DNA of 64,000 nt from Myxococcales bacterium (GTDB lineage Bacteria > Myxococcota_A > UBA9042). The translations under genes and the position numbers were made by a program. The notes below the pieces were generated by a model. It was not told the DNA's origin. It worked only from the letters and a program-made list of their open reading frames with translations, and made no database searches. The stretch covers positions 19,296-83,295 of the forward strand of contig JBBISH010000013.1 in assembly GCA_037441385.1 (NCBI GenBank), in the 5' to 3' direction. Position 1 is the stretch's first letter. The number at the start of each line of letters is the position of its first letter. This document shows positions 1-9,537 of this stretch, in pieces.

Positions 1-1982
1 AGCGCCGCTGGCAACCGGCGCTGCTGGCAGCGATGGTAGGTTGGGCCGGCTGCAGCGACGGCGGCGAGGCCACCCAAGAGCCCAGCCATACCCCGGTGCC
101 GATCCACGCCGACGGCAAAGTCCCCGAGGGTTGCCAACCCCTGGCCGAGGACTGGGACTGCATGACGCCCTGGCCCTCGGACTGGTACCGCCAGGGCGAC
201 GGTTCCTTGCGCTTGCCGGCGGCGGCGGCGCCCAAGCACATCGGCAGCGGCGGCAAGGGCGAACCGCTGGACTTCTTTGGCATGTTCCCGCAAGACGGCG
301 CGCCGATCCTGCCGCAACTGGCGATTCACCTGCCCGGTGGCGTGGATCCCGCAGGGTTGCTGCCGCCCTACGATGGCCAAAACCTGCGCGTCGACTACTC
401 GCCGTCGCAAAAGCCGACCTCGACCACGCTGCTTTTGGATGCCGACACCGGCGAGGCCATCCCGCACATTGCCGAAGTGGACGCCCGCCCTGCGGTGCCG
501 GCTGAACGGCTGCTGATGCTGAGGCCCATGACGGTGCTGAAGCCGGGCCATCGCTACGTGGCGGCGCTGCGCAAGGGCTTGAAGGACCTGACGGGCAAGG
601 CCCATACAGCCCCAGCGGTTTTTGCGGCGCTGCGCGACAAGAAGGCCCTGGCCAAGGCCGAGCCGTTGCGCGGGCACTGGGAGGCACAAATCTTCCCCGT
701 TTTGACCAAGTTCGGCGTGCAACGCGCTGACTTGCTGCTGGCCTGGGACGTGACCACGCGCAGCGAAGGGGTGGCCACCGGCGATCTGCTCGCAGTGCGC
801 AGTCAGGCCTTGCAAGCCCTTGAAAGCATGGCTTTGGACGCTACCGTGACCCAGGTCTACGAAAACCCGCGCCCCGACCTCGCCCGCCGGGTCGAGGGCG
901 AGCTGAGCGTGCCCAACTTCATGGCCAGTGATGGGCCCGGCACCCAGGTCGTGCGCGACGCGGGCGGCAAGCCGCTGCAAAAGGGCACGACCAAGGCGGT
1001 GTTCTCGCTGCTCATTCCGCCCAGCGTGTGGACCGGCAAGTTCCCCGGTCCGGTGCGGGTGATCCAGTTCGGCCACGGCTTCTTTGGTACCCAGGCCGAG
1101 GCGTACGAAGGCTTCTTGCCCGAACTACTCAACGAATACGGGATTGTGGCCATGGCGGTGGATTGGGTGGGCATGTCCAAGCCCGACGCCGGCCAGCTAG
1201 TGACCGACCTCATCTTGAACCCCAACCAGGGGGCACGGTTCATCGAGCGCACCTACCAGGGCTTGATCAATCAGCTTTCGCTGACCTGGGCCGCCAAGCA
1301 CGGCCTGTGGCAGCTGCCGCAGGCACATCCCGGCGCGGCCAGCCTGGCCGACCCCGAGCAAGTGTATTTCTACGGCATTTCAATGGGTCACATCTTGGGC
1401 GGCACCGAACTTGCCATCAACCCGTGGCTGGATCGGGCGGTTTTGTCGAACGGCGGCGCCAGCTTTGGACTGATGATGTCGCGGGCGGCGCCGTTCGGCC
1501 CGTTCCTGGGCATCTTGGAGAACGCCGCCGGCAGCCAAGACGGCGCGGCGCGGCTGGCGCTCTTGCTGCACGGTCCGCTTGAGCGCATCGATCCCGTGAG
1601 CTACGCCGGCCACGTCGTCAGCGACACCTATCCGGGCAGTCCGGCGACGCGCAAGATCCTGATGCACTGTGGACTTTCGGACACCAGCGTGCCCAACCTG
1701 GCGACCCACCTGCACGCGCGCCTGTTAGGGCTGCCGCTGCTCCAGCCCTCGCCGCGGCAGGTGTTCGGCCTGCAGCAAGTGGCGGCGCCGGCGCCCGCGG
1801 CGCTGAACGAATTCGATTTGAAGACGCCGCCCTTGGACTTGTTGGCTCAGCCGGCCGAGGTCGAAAACTTTGTGCACAACACCCAGCGCACCCTGGCCGC
1901 CTCCAAGAAGCAGGTCGACCTGTTCCTGCGCAAGGACGGCACCGTTCAGCACACCTGCGACGGTGTCTGCGATCCTGAATGA
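1..1982 (+). CDS. Lipoprotein with C-terminal alpha/beta-hydrolase fold; probably starts upstream of the window
   Basis: Frame is open from the window edge (RRWQPALLAAMVGWAGC, lipobox-like). Nucleophile-elbow motif YFYGISMG; HG motif QFGHGFFG. Confidence 0.65.
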   Translation, partial: RRWQPALLAAMVGWAGCSDGGEATQEPSHTPVPIHADGKVPEGCQPLAEDWDCMTPWPSDWYRQGDGSLRLPAAAAPKHIGSGGKGEPLDFFGMFPQDGAPILPQLAIHLPGGVDPAGLLPPYDGQNLRVDYSPSQKPTSTTLLLDADTGEAIPHIAEVDARPAVPAERLLMLRPMTVLKPGHRYVAALRKGLKDLTGKAHTAPAVFAALRDKKALAKAEPLRGHWEAQIFPVLTKFGVQRADLLLAWDVTTRSEGVATGDLLAVRSQALQALESMALDATVTQVYENPRPDLARRVEGELSVPNFMASDGPGTQVVRDAGGKPLQKGTTKAVFSLLIPPSVWTGKFPGPVRVIQFGHGFFGTQAEAYEGFLPELLNEYGIVAMAVDWVGMSKPDAGQLVTDLILNPNQGARFIERTYQGLINQLSLTWAAKHGLWQLPQAHPGAASLADPEQVYFYGISMGHILGGTELAINPWLDRAVLSNGGASFGLMMSRAAPFGPFLGILENAAGSQDGAARLALLLHGPLERIDPVSYAGHVVSDTYPGSPATRKILMHCGLSDTSVPNLATHLHARLLGLPLLQPSPRQVFGLQQVAAPAPAALNEFDLKTPPLDLLAQPAEVENFVHNTQRTLAASKKQVDLFLRKDGTVQHTCDGVCDPE

Positions 1983-1989
1983 TAGCGCC

Positions 1990-2817
1990 ATGAACGATAC
2001 CTTCTTCTTGTACGGTGCCGGCCCAACGCCGGGCGACCTAGCGCGTGCCTGCCGCGTCTGGCAGCTGCAACCGGGCGCGCTGGAGAGTCTGGGCCCTGCG
2101 TACTTGCCCGATTGCACACCGGTTTGGGCCGACGATGGCCGCGGCGCGGCGCGCCTGTCCGCCACCGCCCACCCGGCCCACTTGCTGCCCGGCCTTTTGC
2201 TGCAGGCGAGCGCGGCTGGCGCCACCCACCTGCGCGGCAGCGGCGACTGGAGCGAAGTGGCCACGTTGCGGAACGACGGTCGCGTGGTCTGGGCCTGGAC
2301 CTGCGGCGTGTGCCGCGAGGCGTGGCCGGTGCGCCCAGACCCGGTGCAGGTCGACCGGGTTCGCACGTTCCTGAACGTGTGGGGAATCGACGCGACCCCA
2401 GTGCTGCACGCCGCCGCTGGCGAGCCAGTGCCCCCCCTGAGCGACGTGTTTGCCTACGGGACCCTGCGCCACGGCGAGCCCAACGCGCCCCTGCTGGAGC
2501 CGGCGAGCGTTGAGCCTGGCTACATGAGTGGACGATTATGGAGCCTGGGCGCCTACCCGGTGCTGACTCCGGCGGCCGAGCCCGACCGGGTCCTTGGCGA
2601 GCTGCGGCATTGTCCAGACCTGCCGCGGCGCCTGCAAAAACTGGATGAATTGGAAGATTTTACCGGCTACCACGCCCAGTCGATGTACTGGCGGGTGCTC
2701 GGCCAAGTGCACACCCACGCCGGCGATCGGCTGGCCTGGCTGTGGCAGATGAACGACGTGCCCGCGGGCGCCGTGGCGATTCCCAGCGGCGACTGGCGCG
2801 ATCGTAACCTGGCTTGA
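1990..2817 (+). CDS. Gamma-glutamylcyclotransferase (AIG2-like) family protein with extra N-terminal domain
   Basis: VFAYGTLRHG, LGAYPVL, VLGEL, LDELE and terminal IPSGDW motifs; ATG at 1990. Confidence 0.75.
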   Translation: MNDTFFLYGAGPTPGDLARACRVWQLQPGALESLGPAYLPDCTPVWADDGRGAARLSATAHPAHLLPGLLLQASAAGATHLRGSGDWSEVATLRNDGRVVWAWTCGVCREAWPVRPDPVQVDRVRTFLNVWGIDATPVLHAAAGEPVPPLSDVFAYGTLRHGEPNAPLLEPASVEPGYMSGRLWSLGAYPVLTPAAEPDRVLGELRHCPDLPRRLQKLDELEDFTGYHAQSMYWRVLGQVHTHAGDRLAWLWQMNDVPAGAVAIPSGDWRDRNLA

Positions 2818-2829
2818 TTTTGCGAGAAT

Positions 2830-3459
2830 CTATCGACGCCGGCGGCGGCGGCGCTTGCCTGTGGGGGCGTTGGCATCGCCCTCGTCGCCGTCTTCGTCCC
2901 CGTCGCCCTCTTCGCCGCGCACCGCAACGGGCGCGACGACCAGACGGCGGCTGTCGTGGCTGCCGTGAACTTGCGCTTGCACGCCGGCCACTTTGCCCAC
3001 CTGGTGCGACAGAATCCGCAGGTCCATCTGATTGAGCGGCCCCAGGGCGATGGCCTTGCCCAGTAGCAGCGCTTTTTGCGCCAGGGCTTCGGCGACTTTG
3101 TCGATCCCCTCGGGCCGGCGCCGGCGAAAGCCCTCGGCGTCCAGCGATAAGCGGGTGCGCTGCAGGGCCATCTTGTTGACGGCCTTGTTCAAGATGAATT
3201 GCAGGGCTTCCAGCACCCGCGTGTCGCCCTGTGGCTGCAGCTGCGGGTGGATGTCGGCCAGGTGCACCACGATTTGCTCGTCTTCTACGGCCACATCGAT
3301 GCGGGGCTGACCGGCGCCGAGCAGCTCGAACATGCGGGCGGCGGTGTCGCGGGCGATCGTGACCTTTTCGTCCAAAGAGACGTGCAGCCGCAAGCCACCG
3401 CCCTCTTCGTCGTCGGCATCAGGGCTGGGCGCAGTTTCGAGCTCGGGCGCGGTCGTCAT
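2830..3459 (-). CDS. jag: Jag/KhpB (EloR)-like RNA-binding protein (degenerate KH + R3H)
   Basis: Directly downstream of yidC; LEALQFILN, LDAEGFRRRR and RILSH (RxxxH) motifs; no Jag_N domain and no KH GxxG visible. Confidence 0.7.
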   Translation of the reverse strand: MTTAPELETAPSPDADDEEGGGLRLHVSLDEKVTIARDTAARMFELLGAGQPRIDVAVEDEQIVVHLADIHPQLQPQGDTRVLEALQFILNKAVNKMALQRTRLSLDAEGFRRRRPEGIDKVAEALAQKALLLGKAIALGPLNQMDLRILSHQVGKVAGVQAQVHGSHDSRRLVVAPVAVRGEEGDGDEDGDEGDANAPTGKRRRRRRR

Positions 3460-3500
3460 GAATTCCCCCTATGGAACAAACTACGGAAGGGCACTCAAGT

Positions 3501-5399
3501 TTAGGTGGCGGGCTTGCCGGCGGGCACATCGCTGCGCTGCATGACCAGGGTCTGGACCACGGACAGCGCCGTGTTGATCAGGATGTACAGAGTCAGGCCA
3601 GAGGGCAACCCCAGCATCATCGCGGTGAACAGCACCGGCATGAAGTACAGCATCATCTTCTGCTGCGCCGGATCGCCGCCCGCCGCCTGCGGCGTCCACT
3701 TCTGCTGCAGGAACATCACCACGCCCAGCACCAGCGGCAGCACGTAGTACGGATCCTTTTGCGTCATGTCGCCGATCCACAGGAACAGCGGCTGGTTGAA
3801 CAGCGAGACCGAGGCGTTGATGCTGCGATACAGCGCGATGTAGATCGGCATCTGCAGCAGCAGCGGGAAGCAGCCGCCCACCGGGTTGACGCCGTGCTGC
3901 TTGTACAGGTCAAACGTCACGCGGTTGAGCTCGTTGGGGTCCACCGGCTTGCCCAGCTTCTTGGCGCGGGCTTCCAAGTCGGCGCGCGCCTTGTCGATTT
4001 CGGGCTTGAGCTGGCTCATCTTCTTCATCGATTTCATCGAGCGCATGGTGATCGGCCACAGCAGCGCCTTGACCAGCACCGTCAGGATCAGGATGGCCAC
4101 TGGCCAGCTGCCCGACACCGAGAAACCCCAGCCCAGCACCGCCAACATCGGCCGGGCGATGGTGCCGAACCAGCCAAAATCAATGGCTTCGACCAGCTCG
4201 GCCTTGGCGGGGCGCAGCAAGTCCACGTCCTTGGGGCCGGTGTACAGGCTCCAGTGCCAGCTTTGGCCGTGGGCGATCTTCTGATCTTTGCCACAAGCCG
4301 GGTGGCCGGTCGCAGCAGCCAACGCCGGGTCCACACAGGCGTTTTGCGCCACACCCAGCGTCGCCGGCGCCAGCTTCAGCCGGGCCACCAGCACGCCATT
4401 GCCTACGGCTTGCAGGCGCGCGTCGTTCTGGGCGGCAAAGCCGCGCTCGGGCGCCGAAGCCAGCAAGAAGTAACGGCTATCTACGCCCAGCCACGCCGGC
4501 AGTCCCACGCGGGTGCGGTCGGCCAGCTCGGCCGAGGCCAGCGCGTTGGCGTCGAAACGGACGGTCTTGTCGCCCACCAGCATCGCCGCGCTTTTCAGGT
4601 CCGGCGGCGCCGAGAACATGGCCATCAGGCCGCTGGCGTGCTCCGTGCCGTGAAAGGTGGTCAAGTCGTGGGCCAGCGTCACCGTCGCCTGGGCGTTGCC
4701 CACGTTGTAGACGGCGACTTCCAGCTGCAAGCTGTGCGGCAAGTCTGGACCCGCCATCGAGAAACGCTTGATCAGGTAGATCGGGCTGGCCACGCGCTGC
4801 GGGTCGGGCCAGGCCAAGGCCACGCTGCGATCGGTCTTTTCGACCACGCCCCACAGCGGGTCGAGCAACGTGTAATCTTTCAAGCGCTTGGCCAGCAGGG
4901 CGCCATCCGACTTGGCCGTGATCGGCTGGTCGCCGGCGTCGACGCTGTCAAAGAAGTCGCGGAAGGGATCCCACTTGGCGTCCCACGAGTCGACCAGCTC
5001 CAGCGGCCCCGCCTCGAACTTGGCGGCAGCCCAGGCGGGCGGATTGGCGACCGGCGGGGTGCGGGCGGCGAGCTTGAACTGGGGGTCCAGCAAGCGGATC
5101 GACTCGATGCCGCCGTAGCAGGGCGACACGGTCCACTGCACCTTGGCCGACTTGAGCACTTGGCCGGGCGTACCGGGGCGGCACGGTCCGGCCGGCGGCA
5201 ACATCACCTTGACGATCGCGGCGTTACTTGGCGTCGGCGCGGCAGGGGCCGCCACCACCGCGCTGGCAGGGGCGGGGGCCGCCACAGGCGTCGCCGTGTC
5301 CGCGGCGGGCACCTGAGCCAGCGCTGGCGTGGCGCTGAATACGGCGGCGATCAAGCCCAGATAGCCAATGGTTCTATACGATTCCTGCATCAGATTCAT
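3501..5399 (-). CDS. yidC: Membrane protein insertase YidC
   Basis: IDFGWF, AILILTVLVKALLWP, LYKQHGVNPVGGCFPLLLQMPI, DPYYVLP, LPSGLTLY motifs; operon context. Confidence 0.96.
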   Translation of the reverse strand: MNLMQESYRTIGYLGLIAAVFSATPALAQVPAADTATPVAAPAPASAVVAAPAAPTPSNAAIVKVMLPPAGPCRPGTPGQVLKSAKVQWTVSPCYGGIESIRLLDPQFKLAARTPPVANPPAWAAAKFEAGPLELVDSWDAKWDPFRDFFDSVDAGDQPITAKSDGALLAKRLKDYTLLDPLWGVVEKTDRSVALAWPDPQRVASPIYLIKRFSMAGPDLPHSLQLEVAVYNVGNAQATVTLAHDLTTFHGTEHASGLMAMFSAPPDLKSAAMLVGDKTVRFDANALASAELADRTRVGLPAWLGVDSRYFLLASAPERGFAAQNDARLQAVGNGVLVARLKLAPATLGVAQNACVDPALAAATGHPACGKDQKIAHGQSWHWSLYTGPKDVDLLRPAKAELVEAIDFGWFGTIARPMLAVLGWGFSVSGSWPVAILILTVLVKALLWPITMRSMKSMKKMSQLKPEIDKARADLEARAKKLGKPVDPNELNRVTFDLYKQHGVNPVGGCFPLLLQMPIYIALYRSINASVSLFNQPLFLWIGDMTQKDPYYVLPLVLGVVMFLQQKWTPQAAGGDPAQQKMMLYFMPVLFTAMMLGLPSGLTLYILINTALSVVQTLVMQRSDVPAGKPAT

Positions 5400-5417
5400 T
5401 CCAAGTGGCGGCAGACG

Positions 5418-5750
5418 TCACGGCACTGGGTGATGGGGATGGGCGTGCGGCGGCTGCAAGTCCGGGTCGCCATGGGTCGGCGCAAAGCGACCGGGAGGCG
5501 GAAAATCCACCCCGCCAGCGCAGAGCGGCTGACAGCGCAGCAGGCGCCAGGCAATCAGCGGCAGAGCCCGGTAGACCGGGTGCCCGCTCAGGGCCAAGAG
5601 CGCGTATTGCGAACAAGATGGGTGAAAGCGGCAGGCCGGTGGCAAAAGCGGCGACAGCACCCGGCGGTAGCCCGCCACCATGGCAGCCAGCAACCACGCC
5701 ACGGGGCGGCGCGGCGGCGGCATCGGTGCCAAGGGATCGGCGGTCGTCAT
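5418..5750 (-). CDS. yidD: Membrane protein insertion efficiency factor YidD
   Basis: YRRVLSPLLPPACRFHPSCSQYA...RLLRCQPLCAGGVDFPP; ATG at 5750 overlaps the rnpA stop. Confidence 0.92.
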   Translation of the reverse strand: MTTADPLAPMPPPRRPVAWLLAAMVAGYRRVLSPLLPPACRFHPSCSQYALLALSGHPVYRALPLIAWRLLRCQPLCAGGVDFPPPGRFAPTHGDPDLQPPHAHPHHPVP

Positions 5751-6415
5751 GGCGTGGCGCCCCGCTGGGGCCGGCGATCGCCCGGCGATCGGCTGCGGCG
5801 CTCGCGGTCGAGATTGCTGCATACATAGTCGAAAATTTTCGACATTTCTGCACTCACCTCGGCAAGGCCCGCCATCGGCCAGGGGATGCGCGCCAGGACC
5901 ACCACGTCGACTCCGGTCAGGGCTGGGACGCGAAGTGCACGGAATGCCTCGCGAATCAGCCGACGCATACGTGCCCGTGCCGGCGAATTTCCGGTCTGCT
6001 TCGACACCGACAGCCCCAGGCGCGCGCCGCCGGTGGGCTCTGCCGAACGCCGCTGGGCGACCACCTGCAGATGAGCCCCGCGGCCGCGCCAGCCGTGCTG
6101 CAAAACCGCTTTGAATTCGCGCTGAAGGAGGATGCGGTCGCGGCGTCCAAAGCGCCCGGTCGGGCGGCCCGCCAGCGGTGCTGGTGCCCCAGTCGGCGAC
6201 GCACGATTCAGCGGCGCACGATTCAGCGGCGCGCTTTCCAGAGGCTCTCCGGCCAGTTGCCCACTTTGCAGCGGCGGCCTGGCGCAGGTTGGGCTCGCGG
6301 ATGTGGCCGCGGACTCAGACAAAGCGGATGCGGGCGCATCGGAGTCGAGCGCAGGCTGGGTCAAACCCACTGCCAACGACCCCCGGTCAGGACCCAGCGG
6401 ACCCGAAACGGTCAC
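5747..6415 (-). CDS. rnpA: Ribonuclease P protein component, with long low-complexity N-terminal extension (start uncertain)
   Basis: RILLQREFKAV, RLGLSVSKQTGNSPARARMRRLIREAFR, DVVVLAR; lies between rpmH and yidD. Confidence 0.85.
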   Translation of the reverse strand: MTVSGPLGPDRGSLAVGLTQPALDSDAPASALSESAATSASPTCARPPLQSGQLAGEPLESAPLNRAPLNRASPTGAPAPLAGRPTGRFGRRDRILLQREFKAVLQHGWRGRGAHLQVVAQRRSAEPTGGARLGLSVSKQTGNSPARARMRRLIREAFRALRVPALTGVDVVVLARIPWPMAGLAEVSAEMSKIFDYVCSNLDRERRSRSPGDRRPQRGATP

Positions 6416-6427
6416 GACGGGTGCCGA

Positions 6428-6574
6428 CTAGTGGGTCGAGACCGACAGACGCAGGCGGCCCTTGGCGCGGCGACGGTTGATCACGGCGCGGCCGTTCTTG
6501 GTCGCCATACGGGCGCGGTAACCGTGGGTGCGCACTCGGCTGGTGGCGCTGGGATTACGAAGTCCTTTCTTCAC
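6428..6574 (-). CDS. rpmH: 50S ribosomal protein L34 (48 aa; missing from the ORF track)
   Basis: Manual translation from [59 protein letters not shown] upstream. Confidence 0.95.
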   Translation of the reverse strand: MKKGLRNPSATSRVRTHGYRARMATKNGRAVINRRRAKGRLRLSVSTH

Positions 6575-6624
6575 GATACGTTCCTCGGTTGGGGCACCGA
6601 CCGGATGTCGGCACAGGGGGCAGT

Positions 6625-6653
6625 AATGTAGCAGGCTTCGCGGCCGTTGTCAC
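6625..6653 (-). promoter_or_regulatory. Putative sigma70-type promoter of the rpmH operon
   Basis: GTGACA-N17-TACATT on the minus strand, about 50 nt upstream of the rpmH start. Confidence 0.5.
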
Positions 6654-7777
6654 GCCTTCGTTTCAGTCAGCTTGCGCCGGCCCAGCTCGGGCGGTCGCGG
6701 CGGCAGCGGCGGCCAACTCGCCGGCAGGGCCAGTCCGGCCTGCGCGCCAAGTGTGCCAAGTGCCCGTAACCAGGTGTATTGTGCCAGCCAGGTCGCCCGC
6801 CACGGGTCCTGACAGCCCGCCACCAGGCAAGCACTGTGCAGGGCAAACCGGCGCACGGTCTTGTGCGGCATCGGACGCAAGCGGTCGCGGGCGCGCTCTA
6901 GGCTGCGCTCCCAGGCGCTGGCGGCCGGCAGCTGTTGCTCCAAGTCGCCGTCGCCCAGTTGGCGAGCCGCCGTGCGCAGCGCGTGCACGATGGGCCGCTG
7001 CAGGTGCCAACGCTGCGCCCGCAGCCACAGGGCCGGCCAGTCGAGCTCGCCGATCTGCGCGGCCAACAGGCCGATGTCCAAGGTCCAAAGCGGCCGCTCA
7101 AAATTGTGCGCTGCAGCGTGGCCGGCCAGGTAAAGGAGTTCGTCGGCCGGGTCCAGCAACAGTCCCGTCCACGTGCCGTGCGGCAGCGTCACCGTCGCGG
7201 TTTGCGCCGCCTGCAGCAGTTCGTCGCCGGGCATGACGGTGCCAAAGGCGTGCAGGGCGTCAAAGTGCAGCTCCAGCGGCACTTGCGCCGGCCCCAGCAG
7301 CGTCAGGTGGTGGTGGTGCCGCAAGTCCGCGGCGTTCTTGGCCGGCGTCGGATCGCGATAGCCCAGTTGACCCAGCACGTCCAGAGCTGCCGCCAGATCG
7401 CGCCGCTCCACCAACAGGTCCACGTCCGTCGAACGCCGCACCAGGGGCGCCGGATACAAGCGCGCCGCCAGCAGCGGTCCTTTCAGCGGCACGGCCGCGA
7501 TCCCCGCCTCGGCCAGGGCCTGCAAGCTGGTCAGCGCCGCCCGCCGCAAGGGCGCCTGCTCCGATTCGGCCACCAGCGCCTGCCCCACGGCTTGGCGCAG
7601 CAGCGGCTTGTCGACGGTCAGGCGATCGGCTTCGGCCAGGGCGACCACCAGCCCCTCTAGGCCCAGTTGCGCGCCCACTTGCAGCCAGTCCGAGGCGCTT
7701 TGCGGGCGACGGTGCTCCAAGGCCAAGTCTGGAGCGGCGGCGATACGCTGCAAGACCTCAAGATCGCTTGGCAACAT
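6650..7777 (-). CDS. Uncharacterised nucleotidyltransferase family protein (NTP_transf_5-like)
   Basis: VPLKG, RRSTDVDLLV, LELH and HAAAH motifs; ATG at 7777 chosen to avoid overlap with the divergent gene. Confidence 0.8.
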   Translation of the reverse strand: MLPSDLEVLQRIAAAPDLALEHRRPQSASDWLQVGAQLGLEGLVVALAEADRLTVDKPLLRQAVGQALVAESEQAPLRRAALTSLQALAEAGIAAVPLKGPLLAARLYPAPLVRRSTDVDLLVERRDLAAALDVLGQLGYRDPTPAKNAADLRHHHHLTLLGPAQVPLELHFDALHAFGTVMPGDELLQAAQTATVTLPHGTWTGLLLDPADELLYLAGHAAAHNFERPLWTLDIGLLAAQIGELDWPALWLRAQRWHLQRPIVHALRTAARQLGDGDLEQQLPAASAWERSLERARDRLRPMPHKTVRRFALHSACLVAGCQDPWRATWLAQYTWLRALGTLGAQAGLALPASWPPLPPRPPELGRRKLTETKA

Positions 7778-7920
7778 CGCCACCTGCTGCGGGCGCCGGC
7801 CTAGCCCCCTTGTCACACGATACTGCCGCCCCGCCCGTGCCGCCAATGCCCGGTCTGTCTCCACCCCAGCGGTGACGCGATCTTTCTTGCCCTGGCGTGC
7901 GCAATGCGGCATGGTGGACG

Positions 7921-9330
7921 ATGGGGTCGCAAGCCCCGCCGGAGGTCAGCGTGGGCATCACCTTGGTCGAGAAAGGCGATCGGTCGCGGCCGCGGCCCCA
8001 TGCCAAAGTTGGACTGGTCTTGGCGGGTGGCGCAATCTCGGGCGGCGCCTTCAAAATCGGCGGTCTCATCGCGCTGAACACCTACCTGGGCAACCGCTCG
8101 GTGGTCGACTTTGACATGTACCTGGGCCTATCGGCCGGCGCGTTCCTGGCAGCGCCCATGGCGGCGGGGATCGGCCCCGAAGAGCTGCTCAAGTCGATCG
8201 ATGGCAGGTCTAAGAAGATCAGTCAGTTCCGCCCCACGGACTTCTATCGTCCCAACTACGAAGAATTCCTGACCCGGCCGTTCCGGCTCTTGCGCGACAG
8301 CTCGGTGGTCGTGCCCTCGTTCTGGCACTCGGTGGGCCACCACTTGCGCCACCACCGGCCCGAATTGATCACGGCCATCCGCGACTTCATGCAGCGCCCT
8401 GGCGCGCGCACGGCCGAGGCTGTGGTGGCGCCGCTCATCGAGGACACGGTCTTGCGCACCGGTCTGGCTTCGGGCCGCAGCTATTTGCCGTCGGGCCTCT
8501 GCGACAACCGCGGCATCGAGCGCTTCATCCGCGAGAACCTGAAAGCCAATGGCGTGCCCAATGATTTTCGCCTGATGCACCTAGAGCGCGGCAACTCGCT
8601 GTACATCGCGGCGACTCACCTGGACACCGGCGGCGACGTGCTGTTTGGCCACGATGCCGAAACCGGGGCGACGATTAGCGAGGCGGTTCAAGCCTCTACC
8701 GCGATTCCGGGCTTCTACCGGCCGCCGATGATCCGCGGTCAGCACTACTTGGACGGCGGCGTCCGCCGCACGGCCCACATGAGCCAGGCGGTGGATCGAG
8801 GCGCGCAATTGCTGTTCGTTTACAACCCGTTCCGTCCATTCGTCAACTATCGCACCGATCAACTGCTCAACGGCAAAGCCTCGCTGGCCGACATGGGCTT
8901 TGCCACCGTCATCAACCAGGCGTTTCGCACCCTTTTGCACACCCGCTTGATGCTGGGCGTAGAAAAGCTGCAGGTCAATCCAGACTTCCACGGCGATGTG
9001 ATCGTGCTGGAGCCCAGCGAGACGGACGTGAAGTTCTTCAACACAAATCCCCTCAACTTTTGGGAGCGCGCCGAGTCGGCTCTGCACGGCTACCTGAGCG
9101 CGACCGAGGCCTTGGAGCGCTACCACGATCGCATCAAGGTCATCCTGGAAAGCTACGGGATCAAGACCGATATCGGCCGAATGCGCGAGCGCGTGGAACG
9201 CATCCGCCGCAGCGACTACGACAGCCGCGCCATAATGAAAGAGCTGAGCCGCGAGGTGCACGTGGCGCCCACGGACCGCCGCCGCGAGCAAGGGCCCAAC
9301 CTGCGGGTCGTGCGCGGTGCCGGCGGCTAG
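7921..9330 (+). CDS. Patatin-like phospholipase
   Basis: LVLAGGAISG glycine loop, GLSAG nucleophile, ASTAIPG, YLDGG. Confidence 0.88.
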   Translation: MGSQAPPEVSVGITLVEKGDRSRPRPHAKVGLVLAGGAISGGAFKIGGLIALNTYLGNRSVVDFDMYLGLSAGAFLAAPMAAGIGPEELLKSIDGRSKKISQFRPTDFYRPNYEEFLTRPFRLLRDSSVVVPSFWHSVGHHLRHHRPELITAIRDFMQRPGARTAEAVVAPLIEDTVLRTGLASGRSYLPSGLCDNRGIERFIRENLKANGVPNDFRLMHLERGNSLYIAATHLDTGGDVLFGHDAETGATISEAVQASTAIPGFYRPPMIRGQHYLDGGVRRTAHMSQAVDRGAQLLFVYNPFRPFVNYRTDQLLNGKASLADMGFATVINQAFRTLLHTRLMLGVEKLQVNPDFHGDVIVLEPSETDVKFFNTNPLNFWERAESALHGYLSATEALERYHDRIKVILESYGIKTDIGRMRERVERIRRSDYDSRAIMKELSREVHVAPTDRRREQGPNLRVVRGAGG

Positions 9331-9537
9331 ATTCGGACGATTCGCGCCCTCCCCTACCTTCGCGCAAAGCGGTGACGTCTGCCGGATCCGCGCCGGGGCC
9401 GCCGCGGCATGGCTGTACAAGCCCTCGGGCTCGACCTAGACTTTAGCCATGGTTGGGTACTTTCCGCCCGCCGCCACCCCGCCGCGCATCCCAGGGCGGT
9501 GGGGCGGCATCTATGCCAGACGTGGCATCGGGGCCCG

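Noticed and set aside
3471..5828. Long antisense ORFs (785 aa here; also 11404-14394, 16803-18818, 35264-36952, 60507-63320)
   Set aside because: Shadow ORFs opposite well-supported genes, expected in high-GC DNA; no recognisable motifs.
6650..7777. Nucleotidyltransferase as part of a lasso-peptide/PqqD cluster
   Set aside because: No precursor, PqqD/RRE, B2 protease or cyclase gene nearby.
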